A stretch of DNA of 64,000 nt, taken from NCBI GenBank assembly GCA_052168235.1, contig JBQLZK010000009.1, positions 66,827 through 130,826 on the forward strand, written 5' to 3'. The notes beneath the pieces are model-generated. The model worked only from the letters and a program-made list of their open reading frames with translations, ran no database searches and had not been told where the DNA came from. Below, one piece after another: positions 32,231-41,619 of this stretch (positions are counted from its first letter, which is position 1; the number at the start of each line of letters is the position of its first letter). The DNA comes from Thainema sp. GTDB lineage: Bacteria > Cyanobacteriota > Cyanobacteriia > Phormidesmidales > Phormidesmidaceae. A program made the position numbers and the translations under genes.

Positions 32231-33658
32231 CTACATGAACTCGAATGCCCGTTGTAAGGCGGCTTCAGTTTCAGCAGTAATTTGGCGCTCTCCTTTTTCG
32301 ATGAGCGAAATCAGAGATTGGCTCAAACCGGTGAAGGAAGCGAGTTTGCGCTGCGACCAACCGCGCTGATTACGCTGTTTTTTGACATCAGCACTAGTCA
32401 TTACAACTATGCTGGATTCACTCTCTGTATCCGTCTGCAAATCAGCATCAATCTGAGACGGTAGTGATAACGAAAACCAGTCATCCGGTGGACTAATCCA
32501 TACTTTCGCCGTTAATAGCTGTTCAAAAAAACCTTTAGGGCGATTTGCCGTTTCTCGACCCAACCCATAGGGCCGAATATCGTTAGGGTAGGTTTCGGCA
32601 TCAAATTGAATTCCCCAACCCTGATCTCTCAGTACAAACAAATCCTCATCCCAAGCATTGGCAATTCTGGAGCGAATCTTTCGATTTGAGATCGCTTGGT
32701 TCAGTCTCTCGCTACTATAAGCCACTTCCATCAACGTTTTTACATCGTAGGGATAAAGCTGATTCTGCTGAGATTTAAACAGGAGCCAGATCATTAAGCG
32801 GGCAGCGCCCTCACGATGTTGCCAGATACTCATCACGCTCTCTAGCAGAGCCTTAGAGAGATTGCTGTATTGAGGCGAATCAGCTGATCCACCGTCCCCA
32901 GACTCGCTCAAAAAATGCTTTGCCCACGATCCAGGCTTGATAACAAAAGTCATTCCAGCAATATCCTTTGTATCATCCAGTAAGTTCTGCTGATAGTGAT
33001 ATCGCGTTTCAATTAAATGCCAAAGTCGCCCTTCGGCAACCGTAAATCCTTTTTGCTTGGGCGTACTTTTCCAAGTAATAAACGTGGTAATTTTGCAGGG
33101 CTGCTCAACTAAGTCTTTGATGAGCTCTAGCTTCTGCTGTCGATTTAAGTCCGTGCGTTTGTAAAGCCCCAGATACTTCTCAAGCTGTCTGTCATCAACA
33201 ACAATTTCATGCTCCCACGGATCTTCGACCCGAGCAGCATAAGCGGCATATACCAAGTGCATACAAGCGGCTCGGATATCAAACGTATCAATTACGGCCA
33301 AAGCCGCAGCACTCGCCAATCCAACGGGATGATCGCTTTCGGCCTCATCTGTTACCCAAAAATGGATCGCGCCCTCTCCCGTGTCAAAATCACGCACATA
33401 GGACAGACGGCCATCCGGATCGGTCTGCCAAGGTAAATGCTTGCGGCGAGTTAGGATATTGCTTGCTTCCAGAAGCGGTAAGGAAGACGGGACAGGAGTC
33501 GTGCTGCTGTCAGAAAACAAATCTGGATGCGTCATGCGGCGCTCATCAACTAAGTTAGATGCCGCTTTTACTTTGCCCCGTTTTTTCTGAGGTCGCTCAT
33601 CCCGATCTGAGCTATGAGTTGGATGATTAGCGTCCTGCTGAGATCTAGAAGAAGCCAT
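32231..33658 (-). CDS. Large protein with a C-terminal XRE HTH; candidate iteron-binding initiator
   Basis: RNQRGWSQRKLASFTGLSQSLISLIEKGER HTH; its stop abuts the repeat field. The initiator role is inference. Confidence 0.65.
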   Translation of the reverse strand: MASSRSQQDANHPTHSSDRDERPQKKRGKVKAASNLVDERRMTHPDLFSDSSTTPVPSSLPLLEASNILTRRKHLPWQTDPDGRLSYVRDFDTGEGAIHFWVTDEAESDHPVGLASAAALAVIDTFDIRAACMHLVYAAYAARVEDPWEHEIVVDDRQLEKYLGLYKRTDLNRQQKLELIKDLVEQPCKITTFITWKSTPKQKGFTVAEGRLWHLIETRYHYQQNLLDDTKDIAGMTFVIKPGSWAKHFLSESGDGGSADSPQYSNLSKALLESVMSIWQHREGAARLMIWLLFKSQQNQLYPYDVKTLMEVAYSSERLNQAISNRKIRSRIANAWDEDLFVLRDQGWGIQFDAETYPNDIRPYGLGRETANRPKGFFEQLLTAKVWISPPDDWFSLSLPSQIDADLQTDTESESSIVVMTSADVKKQRNQRGWSQRKLASFTGLSQSLISLIEKGERQITAETEAALQRAFEFM

Positions 33659-33797
33659 ATCGCGAATAGATGAGACGATTGCGGTAAAACGTGCGATCGC
33701 AAAAGTAGAAATTGCCTAACTGAGCCAAGAAAGACTTAATCCTAACACCGCCTCTGATTTCGGCAACACGAGGCGACAATAAATTACACTACCCCAA

Positions 33798-34862
33798 CTA
33801 ATTATCTGTCTCAGTGTCATCTTCTAGCTCTTCAGCTGCGGTGCTGAGTTCAGTCTCAAGCTGTTCAATCGTGGGTAAATTATTTTGAAAATTGGGTGGC
33901 AGTTGAGACTGTAGTTCATAGGTTGAAACGCCAATTGGCTGTTGGCTTCCTTGCAGCGCATATTCCACAGTTGTTTTATCCTTGGCTTTGCAGAGAATAA
34001 TGCCAATCGTGGGATCATCTCGTTCACTACGCAGTAAATTGTCTACTGCCGCGACATAAAAGCTCATCTGTCCCGAATGCTGTGGCTCAAATTCACCCAT
34101 TTTCAAATCGATGACCACATAGCAATGAAGATGGACATGGTAGAACAGGAGATCAAGCCGATATTCTTTGCCGCTAACCACTAATGGATATTGACTCCCC
34201 AAAAAGGCAAACCCTAGCCCTAGCTCCATCAAGAAATCGCGGATATGCTTAACCAGAGCATGTTCTAGCTCCCGCTCCTGAGCCGCCTCGGTGAGGGTCA
34301 AAAAATCAAAGTGATACGGATCCTTCACGAGCTGCTGAGCCAGGTCAGATTGAGGGGCAGGTAAAGCCCGCTCAAAATTCGTCACTGCTCCACCTTGCCG
34401 CTGGTACAGATTACTCTCAATCTGCATTACCAAAATATTGCGACTCCACCCGTTAGTAATCGTTCGCTGTACGTACCAGAGTCGTTCATCCTGATCCTTC
34501 ACCAGCTCCAACAACCGAATATTGTGGCCCCACGGAATTTGGCCAACAAGCTGTTGGACAATTTGCTCATCAGGATACGCCTCGGCAAACGCGCGCATAT
34601 TTTTGAGATTGGAGCGAGAAAACCCCTTCATGTCCGGGAATTCTTTTTTGAGATCTGCCGCTAGCCGATCAATTACCTTTGCACCCCAGCCTTCCGATTC
34701 TTGCTTGGCCAGAATATCCTGCCCAATTTGCCAATAGAGATAGATCAGCTCTTGGTTTACGGCCAACGCAGCTCTCACCTGCGCTGAACGAATACGCTGC
34801 TTTAAGCCATTGAGAAAATCGTTATAGTTGCGATCGGAAAAAAGAGAAGACTGTCGAGGCAT
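33798..34862 (-). CDS. DUF1016/YhcG PD-(D/E)XK nuclease family protein
   Basis: VNQELIYLYWQIG, GFSRSNL, KDPY.FDFL and DLLFYH..YVVIDLK motifs. Confidence 0.92.
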   Translation of the reverse strand: MPRQSSLFSDRNYNDFLNGLKQRIRSAQVRAALAVNQELIYLYWQIGQDILAKQESEGWGAKVIDRLAADLKKEFPDMKGFSRSNLKNMRAFAEAYPDEQIVQQLVGQIPWGHNIRLLELVKDQDERLWYVQRTITNGWSRNILVMQIESNLYQRQGGAVTNFERALPAPQSDLAQQLVKDPYHFDFLTLTEAAQERELEHALVKHIRDFLMELGLGFAFLGSQYPLVVSGKEYRLDLLFYHVHLHCYVVIDLKMGEFEPQHSGQMSFYVAAVDNLLRSERDDPTIGIILCKAKDKTTVEYALQGSQQPIGVSTYELQSQLPPNFQNNLPTIEQLETELSTAAEELEDDTETDN

Positions 34863-35084
34863 GGTTATTTGTAGTCGCCAATGATGTGAGACGAGGAAAA
34901 TTTCTGATTAGTAAGGATTTAGTTTGGTTGCTTCTAGCTACATTATTCGAGCCGTCATCGTATATCCTAAGTTACTGACTGAGAAAACGAACGCCATTCG
35001 AGCGGTAAATTGGGTGCTTGAAGGAGCAGGGGAGCAAGGGAGAAGTGGAGCAGGATTTGCGCTTGAAGGCCAAAGGATTGCGAG

Positions 35085-35106
35085 TTACCCAAAACGTTTT
35101 GGGTAA
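35085..35106. promoter_or_regulatory. parS candidate palindrome TTACCCAAAACGTTTTGGGTAA
   Basis: Perfect 22-bp palindrome upstream of parA; an identical core lies inside parB. Confidence 0.7.
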
Positions 35107-35292
35107 TTCACGACAAAGACGAAAAGCTCAGTATATCAAGCCTTTCTTGAACTCAATGAAGATAGATCATGATAAAAATCCGATGCTCCTAGATATCAGT
35201 TATTAATCCTTCCAACACTGTCAGTTCTAACAACGACCAAAGCTCCTCCACGTCTAAAGCCTCTAAAGTCCTGTCACAAATCATGCTCTAAT

Positions 35293-35373
35293 TAGACCTC
35301 TTGCATGAATCGAAAAACACAACGTAATCATAGAGGTTTCAGCCTTCAAACTCTGGTTCGTGCAAGAGGTCTA
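35293..35373. mobile_element. 81-bp MITE-like element
   Basis: Terminal inverted repeats TAGACCTCTTGCA / TGCAAGAGGTCTA with TA at both ends, non-coding. Confidence 0.65.
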
Positions 35374-35405
35374 TTCCGTCCATTCCAAATATCCATTCCG
35401 AATCT

Positions 35406-36161
35406 ATGAGTAAAGTCATTACGCTATTTAATCAGTCAGGAGGGGTTGCCAAGACCACACTGACAATGAATCTGGGGTATCACCTCGCCAAGAAGCGACA
35501 TCGAGTGCTATTGGTTGACATGGATCCCCAAGCATCATTAACCACGTTTCTCGGACTCGATCCCGTCGAGCTATCGCAAACGATCTATGAATCGGTGGTG
35601 GGTGAGGAAAGCCTGCCGATTCATCATAAGATCCACGGTTGTGATGTGGTTCCATCCAACATTAACTTGAGTGCCGCTGAGCTAGAGCTGGTTTCTGCGC
35701 TGATGCGTGAAATGCGGCTCAAGGATGCGCTAGCTCCAGTGCTGGATCAGTATGATTTTATTCTGATCGACTGTCCTCCGAGCCTTGGCATTTTGAGCGT
35801 GATTAGCTTGGCCGCAGCAACTCATGTGCTGGTACCAATTCAGACTCAGTTCAAGGCATTTCAAGGAACTGATTTGCTGCTGAGCACTATTGCCGGACTG
35901 CGATCGCGCGTTAACCGCTCACTTGCGATCGCAGGTTTTGTCCCCACGATGTACGACAGCCGCACCGCTCAAGAAAGCCGAACGCTGAAAGCCATTCAAG
36001 ATCAGCTATCTGTCTTAGGGACTGTCTTTGATCCCATTCCAAAATCGATTGCTTTTGCGGATGCTTCAGAAGCTCGTCTGCCGTTGGCAGTTTATAACGC
36101 CAAGCATCCTGCCGTTCGCGTACTGAAGAAAATTGCCACTGGCATGGAGAAACTGACGTGA
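35406..36161 (+). CDS. parA: ParA family partition ATPase
   Basis: NQSGGVAKTT, VDMDPQASLT and ILIDCPPSLG motifs. Confidence 0.95.
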   Translation: MSKVITLFNQSGGVAKTTLTMNLGYHLAKKRHRVLLVDMDPQASLTTFLGLDPVELSQTIYESVVGEESLPIHHKIHGCDVVPSNINLSAAELELVSALMREMRLKDALAPVLDQYDFILIDCPPSLGILSVISLAAATHVLVPIQTQFKAFQGTDLLLSTIAGLRSRVNRSLAIAGFVPTMYDSRTAQESRTLKAIQDQLSVLGTVFDPIPKSIAFADASEARLPLAVYNAKHPAVRVLKKIATGMEKLT

Positions 36162-37102
36162 ATACCCGCAAAAAAGATCAGCCTTATACCAGTCAACTGA
36201 GAGGCGTCGCAGCACTCTTGGGAACGCAGCCAATCGACTCAGCCACAGAGGCCGCCGCCGAGTTTGTAGAGATTAGCCAAATCACACTGCCCAATTCTCA
36301 ACCACGTCGATACTTCGATCCCCAAAAGCTACAAGAACTCTCAGCCTCTATTAAAGAACATGGTGTTTTAGAACCATTACTGACTCGTTCATTGAATGGT
36401 CAGTACGAACTAGTCGCTGGAGAGCGCCGTTACAGAGCCGCCAAGCTTGCTGGGCTAACACAAGTTCCGGTTGTCGTAAAACAGCTTACCGATCAGGAAG
36501 CGCTCCAGCTGGCCCTAATCGAAAACCTTCAGCGTGAGGATCTCAATCCGGTAGAAGAAACACAGGGCATTCTCGATCTGCTGGCCGTCCGCCTCGACAC
36601 CACTGTAGAAGAAGTCATTTCACTGCTCCATCGGATGCAGAATGAAGCAAAAGGCAAAGTTACCCAAAACGTTTTGGGTAACTCACAAGGTCAAGCTATC
36701 CAAAACGTTTTCGACTCACTTGGCTTGATTGGTTGGGAATCCTTCGCGACCAGTCGCCTCCCCTTACTCAAACTGCCAACTGATGTGCTGGATGCACTGC
36801 AAGCAGGAAAAATTGCTTACACCAAGGCAAGTGCGATCGCGCGGATCAAGGATGCCGATCAGCGGCACAAATTATTGACAGAAGCCATTAAGCAACAGTA
36901 TTCACTATCCCAAATCAAAGCCCAAATTAAACACATTCAGGCACCAGCCAAACACATCACACCTTCAGCCGATTTGGGTCATCGTGTGGATCAAGTCTAC
37001 AAAGCTGTAAAGCGCTCCAAGGTCTGGAATAACCCTCAAAAGCGAAAGCGACTTGAGAAACTACTGACGTCGATTGAAGATTTACTAGAATCTGGACAGT
37101 AA
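36158..37102 (+). CDS. parB: ParB/Spo0J family partition protein
   Basis: QPRRYF, VAGERRYRAA and ENLQREDLNP motifs; GTGA overlap with parA. Confidence 0.95.
   Translation: MNTRKKDQPYTSQLRGVAALLGTQPIDSATEAAAEFVEISQITLPNSQPRRYFDPQKLQELSASIKEHGVLEPLLTRSLNGQYELVAGERRYRAAKLAGLTQVPVVVKQLTDQEALQLALIENLQREDLNPVEETQGILDLLAVRLDTTVEEVISLLHRMQNEAKGKVTQNVLGNSQGQAIQNVFDSLGLIGWESFATSRLPLLKLPTDVLDALQAGKIAYTKASAIARIKDADQRHKLLTEAIKQQYSLSQIKAQIKHIQAPAKHITPSADLGHRVDQVYKAVKRSKVWNNPQKRKRLEKLLTSIEDLLESGQ
36658..36683. promoter_or_regulatory. parS candidate inside parB
   Basis: AGTTACCCAAAACGTTTTGGGTAACT, perfect 26-bp palindrome. Confidence 0.7.
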
Positions 37103-37245
37103 TCCCGTTGCTCTTTCATAGAAATCCAAATCTGCTGTGTGAGCATCGGGGCAAGCGGCGGTAGATCTGCTATCCGTAGCCGTATTGAGACAATTAACAT
37201 GCATCTGCGGTTAACAGCCTGTCAAACACAGGAAGATGACAAAAA

Positions 37246-38052
37246 ATGCACCTCACTACACTTCAAGGTCAACCCGTCAGTCGGCTCGGTTTAGCCAGCC
37301 AGTATATCGAAGAGGCCAATTGCGTTCCCACTGCTTTTGATGCCGGAATCAACTATTTCTTTTCCTACAGCACACCGACTGGTATCTTTCTCCAAGAACT
37401 GCGATCGCTAGTTGCAGGCCATCGTGAACAGCTAATCGTCGCAACGGGCAGCGAACATCGTGATACCAAGCCACTTCAGCATCGACTTGATGAAATCCGT
37501 CAGCAGTTAAATACAGATATTGTGGACGTGTTCTTTCTAGAATATATTTCTCCCGATGAAGACATAAATCGAGTCAAAACTGCAATCGAGCAACTGTACA
37601 CATGGCAACGACAAGGATCAATTCGCTATGTTGGTATTACCACTCATAATCGGTCAATTGCCTTAAACTTTGTGCAGACGCAGCAATGTGATGTGCTGAT
37701 GCACCGCTACAATATGGCGCATCGACAAGTTGAAGCAACTGTTTTGCCTGTTGCTCAAGCTGCTGAAATTCCCGTCATTGCATTTACCTGCACTCGCTGG
37801 AGCACTCTTTTGCAAGGCCATCCAGATTGGCCAGACTCACCACCATCCGCATCCGATTGTTATCGCTATACGCTTCAACAACCGTCGGTTCACTGCGCGC
37901 TTACCAGCCCGAAATCGCTATCCCAGCTTCAAGAAAATCTCAGCGTTTTAACGGCTCCACCTCTACCTCCGGCTGAGGTCAAACGCTGGCAACAATACGG
38001 AGATCTGATCTATGGCAGTGGACAAGACTCATTTGAAACACGCTGGCCATAG
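37246..38052 (+). CDS. Aldo/keto reductase family protein
   Basis: VSRLGL, AGINYFF, LNTDIVDVFF and GSIRYVGITTH motifs. Confidence 0.8.
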   Translation: MHLTTLQGQPVSRLGLASQYIEEANCVPTAFDAGINYFFSYSTPTGIFLQELRSLVAGHREQLIVATGSEHRDTKPLQHRLDEIRQQLNTDIVDVFFLEYISPDEDINRVKTAIEQLYTWQRQGSIRYVGITTHNRSIALNFVQTQQCDVLMHRYNMAHRQVEATVLPVAQAAEIPVIAFTCTRWSTLLQGHPDWPDSPPSASDCYRYTLQQPSVHCALTSPKSLSQLQENLSVLTAPPLPPAEVKRWQQYGDLIYGSGQDSFETRWP

Positions 38053-38475
38053 TTAACAAGATTTCAATTTAAAAATCTAGATCTAAGTAGGTACGGGCTG
38101 AAACCTGCATCTGTGTAACTGAATGCAAACAAGAGGTAAACCGATTGATGGCTATAGCCTTCGAGTTGTTTGCAAATCTCAACATGGCGTAGTTTTTCTA
38201 CCCCAACCTACTTACTAGGCAGTAATTCATCTCGTAACAACCAAATCTTTTGGCGCACGTGCAAGAGCTACAGCAACACGGCTACATTTTGGGAGCACAA
38301 GAATTACCCAGAAAAAACGGTCTGCCAGCATTCAGTTCCAGGTCAATCCCGAGAAGATCAGCTGTCACGAATGAGCCATGCATATCACCTCGTGCACCTT
38401 TGTTTCTAGACCAAAAAATATTGACCACTTGTCTTGAGGCTTTGAATTAACTGGTATATGGCAAAAGAAGATAAG

Positions 38476-38523
38476 TTCATTCGTGTTAATTTGTAGGATT
38501 CTCGCAAAAGTAACACGAATGAA
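38476..38523. repeat. Dispersed site 2: ATTCGTGT-N26-ACACGAAT
   Basis: TTCATTCGTGTTA / TAACACGAATGAA. Confidence 0.9.
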
Positions 38524-38560
38524 TACTATTCAGCTTCATCTTACTGTCGGCACTTTCACA

Positions 38561-38974
38561 TTAGTCGCGGATGTTGCCACGTAAGGATTTGAGCTGACTC
38601 CTTTTGGTTTTACTATCAAGGCGTTTTTGCTTTGCGCGGCGAGAGGGTTTGGTGGGTTTGCGCTTTTTGGGGGTGACAGTCACGCTTTTGATCAGGTCTT
38701 TGAGTCGATTGAGGGCGTCTTCTTTATTTTGGTCTTGGGTGCGGTGCTGCTGAGCTTTGATGACAATGATGCCGTCTTTGGTGATGCGGCTGTCATTGAG
38801 AGTGAGCAGACGTTCTTTGTAGAGAGGAGACAGGGAAGAGGCATTGATATCAAAACGCAAATGAATGGCGGTGGCCACCTTATTCACGTTTTGACCATCG
38901 GCACCTTGCGATCGCACTGCGCTGATCTCAATTTCGTTGAGCGGGATGGCTGTATGTTTAGTAATTTGCAGCAC
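38561..38974 (-). CDS. arfB: ArfB/YaeJ-type peptidyl-tRNA hydrolase with GGQ changed to DGQ
   Basis: VRSQGADGQNVNKVATA, HRTQDQNKEDAL.RL and a basic tail KRKPTKPS..KRLDSK. Confidence 0.85.
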   Translation of the reverse strand: MLQITKHTAIPLNEIEISAVRSQGADGQNVNKVATAIHLRFDINASSLSPLYKERLLTLNDSRITKDGIIVIKAQQHRTQDQNKEDALNRLKDLIKSVTVTPKKRKPTKPSRRAKQKRLDSKTKRSQLKSLRGNIRD

Positions 38975-39110
38975 GATTTGGCAAGGGGTCGTTAACTAGA
39001 TCGATCGTATCAGTTGAGGCCAGAACTGTCAGACTATAGGGATTGGTCTACTGCCGTTAAAAACTGGCAAAATGCTTGGGACTCTTGTATGTGTGGCATG
39101 ATCTATTGGC

Positions 39111-39476
39111 TCATAGCGTTATCCCTTGATCAATGCCAGCTTGCAGATGAGGGCTAGCGGTTTCAACTTCAACCAAATCGATAGAGAAGCCAGACAGGGC
39201 CGTCAACCGAGCCACTGCTTTGATGTAGTCAGTGGAAGATAAGCCCCAAACGGCTAGGTCTAGATCTGAGTTTTCATGAAAAGATGCTTCGCTTAGCACA
39301 GAGCCAAATAAGACAATCTGCCTGACGCCAAATTCCTCCCGTAGGACTTGAGCCGCGTTTTGAGCTACAGCTAGCCCTTGCTCCCGACGTTGGCGGAGTT
39401 GATCGTGTTGTTGCTGCTGTCTGCAGCGGGCGGTATCGATGTAAACCTGCATTTTAGCGGCGGGGGGCAGTGCCAT
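39111..39476 (-). CDS. Minimal nucleotidyltransferase (MNT antitoxin-like); no HEPN partner seen
   Basis: LFGSV..SDLDLAV..IDLV motifs. Confidence 0.85.
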   Translation of the reverse strand: MALPPAAKMQVYIDTARCRQQQQHDQLRQRREQGLAVAQNAAQVLREEFGVRQIVLFGSVLSEASFHENSDLDLAVWGLSSTDYIKAVARLTALSGFSIDLVEVETASPHLQAGIDQGITL

Positions 39477-39508
39477 AGTTGTTGATTGCTCTACTCCATT
39501 ACTCCGTC

Positions 39509-39601
39509 TTAGTCTATAACGCTGCTTATATCTTGCAAGAGATCGAGATGATTAAGGCAAGCAAGGGCAATCAGGAGGCTGGAGTTAGATACCACAAGCA
39601 T
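39509..39601 (-). pseudogene. Truncated DUF3368/PIN-like toxin N-terminus
   Basis: MLVVSNSSLLIALACLNHLDLL, then a stop after 30 codons; immediately after the UPF0175 gene. Confidence 0.6.
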
Positions 39602-39605
39602 CGGC

Positions 39606-39881
39606 CTAGTGTTCCATGAGCTGCTCAATCGCTTTGACTTCAGCGGTCAGTTCATTTAGAGTTTCACTGAAGTAAGAAATTTGGTGTTGAGCCAGAAGCT
39701 CGATAAAGCTATGTTTTGAGATGCCGAGTAATTCTGCTGCTTTGCCAGCCGAAATCCGTTGCTGTCGAAAGAGATCCAGCGCGAGAAGCTCTATAAGATG
39801 CTGGGGAAGCTGCGATTTAGGGATGTTTAAGGCTTTCACAAAATCGCGAGGTGGATTGAGATTGATGGTTAGATTGCTCAT
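39606..39881 (-). CDS. UPF0175 family putative antitoxin
   Basis: LFRQQRISAGKAAELLGISKHSFIELL. Confidence 0.85.
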   Translation of the reverse strand: MSNLTINLNPPRDFVKALNIPKSQLPQHLIELLALDLFRQQRISAGKAAELLGISKHSFIELLAQHQISYFSETLNELTAEVKAIEQLMEH

Positions 39882-39994
39882 GGGTTTAGGATTTTACCGA
39901 TACTCCCATCATGCAGCCATCTAACCGAAAAGACTGACCTGCGATCGCAACTATAAGAAGCAGGTCAAAGTTTGCTATCTCTAGGAGAGTAGCC

Positions 39995-40246
39995 ATGATT
40001 CAAATCCAGCTCAACTTACCCGAAAGTGCCTTCTCCGCGCTGCGTAGCACTCCTGATGAATTCGGCCAAGAACTGCTAATCGCCGCTGTTGTGAAATGGT
40101 ATGAAGTGGGCATGATCTCTCAATCGAAAGCCGCTGAAATTGCAGGCATCAGCCGCCAAGACTTTCTCCAGGCATGCGATCGCTTTAAAGTTTCACCCGT
40201 CCAAACCACTCCAGAAGAACTGACTGAGGAGGTTAATCGCGGTTAG
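39995..40246 (+). CDS. UPF0175 family putative antitoxin
   Basis: VKWYEVGMISQSKAAEIAGISRQDFL. Confidence 0.85.
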   Translation: MIQIQLNLPESAFSALRSTPDEFGQELLIAAVVKWYEVGMISQSKAAEIAGISRQDFLQACDRFKVSPVQTTPEELTEEVNRG

Positions 40247-40315
40247 ACGCTAGGTAGCTCAGTGCTTTGCTGCTCATGAGCTTAGCCTAGATGAACCTGC
40301 GTGAAGAAAAAACAG

Positions 40316-40361
40316 TTATTCGTGTTGTTTTAAAGAATTCTATTTTAGGTGACACGAATAA
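40316..40361. repeat. Dispersed site 3: ATTCGTGT-N26-ACACGAAT
   Basis: TTATTCGTGT / ACACGAATAA. Confidence 0.9.
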
Positions 40362-40578
40362 TGGGTGTATTTTTAGAGAAGGTGCGATCGCATTACGTCA
40401 AGCCAATTATCTTTCACCTAGAGTGGGAATAGGAAGATCTTGGTCGAGGTTCATCAGGTTGTGCGTGATCTAGCCGGAGCTGTACTTGCCGATGAACACG
40501 TTGGTCACCGTTTCATCATTGAACACGGCTTAATTCGAGCGATGGAAGTTTGTCCGCTGCCATCACCGACCTCGGTTC

Positions 40579-41484
40579 CTAACCACTTCTTCCAGTGATG
40601 CTATCTTCCACATAATGGTGGATTGTCTGAATAAACTCGCGCAGCACAGGCGATGGATTTTGAGAGCGCCATACAGCCAAAGTCTCAATCTCAAACGTCG
40701 GTTGTATATCCTTGTAGACTACCCCAGTCCGCTGTAGATTCTGCATTGAGGCGGGCACGAGTGCAACCCCGATTTTTCCAGCAACTAGACCTAATGCGGT
40801 TTGGAGCCACCGGGCTTGTTGCACGACTGTTGGGATAAACCCATTGTCCTGGCAAAGGTTCAGGACTTGATGATAAAACCCTTGTACTAGGTGAGACGGG
40901 GGTAGAATAAATGGTTCTTGGCTGAGCACCTTGAGGGGAATTTTGGGGTGAGATCGGAGTGGATGCTCTTGATGGATGGCAACAATTAGTGGTTCTTTGA
41001 GGACAGAGAAAAAACTCAAATCGCCATTGCTGGGGATTGGGGCATTGAGGAAACTACAATCAATCGTGCGATCGCTCAGCCGTTGAATTTGCGTTTGAGA
41101 ATCCAGTTCGCATAAGCTCAACTGAACCTGGGGAAATCGAGTTTGAAAGGCGTTCAGGATAGTTGGCAGAACACTTTGAGTTACGGTGCTATTAAACCCA
41201 ATCGCTAAGTGTCCGACTTCTCCTCGATTGGCTTGTTGAGCCATCAGAGTTGCCTGTTCAACTTGAGCCAAAACCAACTGCGCCTGCTTTAAGAAGGCTT
41301 GTCCTGCATGGGTCAACTGAAGGGGACGCTTATCCCGTTCAAGCAACTGCACGCCCAGTTCAGTTTCCAGCGCCCGAATTTGCTGGCTCAGAGGTGGCTG
41401 AGCCATGTGTAACCGCTCAGCCGCTCGACTGAAATTTAACTCTTCTGCAACCGTGACGAAGTATCGCAGGTGCCGTAGTTCCAT
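40579..41484 (-). CDS. LysR family transcriptional regulator
   Basis: MELRHLRYF..FSRAAERLHMAQPPLSQQIR. Confidence 0.95.
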   Translation of the reverse strand: MELRHLRYFVTVAEELNFSRAAERLHMAQPPLSQQIRALETELGVQLLERDKRPLQLTHAGQAFLKQAQLVLAQVEQATLMAQQANRGEVGHLAIGFNSTVTQSVLPTILNAFQTRFPQVQLSLCELDSQTQIQRLSDRTIDCSFLNAPIPSNGDLSFFSVLKEPLIVAIHQEHPLRSHPKIPLKVLSQEPFILPPSHLVQGFYHQVLNLCQDNGFIPTVVQQARWLQTALGLVAGKIGVALVPASMQNLQRTGVVYKDIQPTFEIETLAVWRSQNPSPVLREFIQTIHHYVEDSITGRSG

Positions 41485-41511
41485 TGTTGAAGCTCATCGC
41501 TGATTTCAAGA

Positions 41512-41530
41512 CTATATCTCAAAAGTATAG
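41512..41530. promoter_or_regulatory. Candidate LysR box (T-N11-A within CTATA-N9-TATAG)
   Basis: CTATATCTCAAAAGTATAG in the lysR/trpB divergent gap. Confidence 0.45.
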
Positions 41531-41619
41531 TGGGCCGATCTAACCAATATTGGACATATCAAAACCCTGCTCTTATCGTTTCAGTAGGACTGTTTACCCG
41601 ATTGAAGCAGCACAGCATT

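Noticed and set aside
40291..40473. 60-aa ORF spanning dispersed site 3
   Set aside because: No motifs; better explained as non-coding DNA containing the site.
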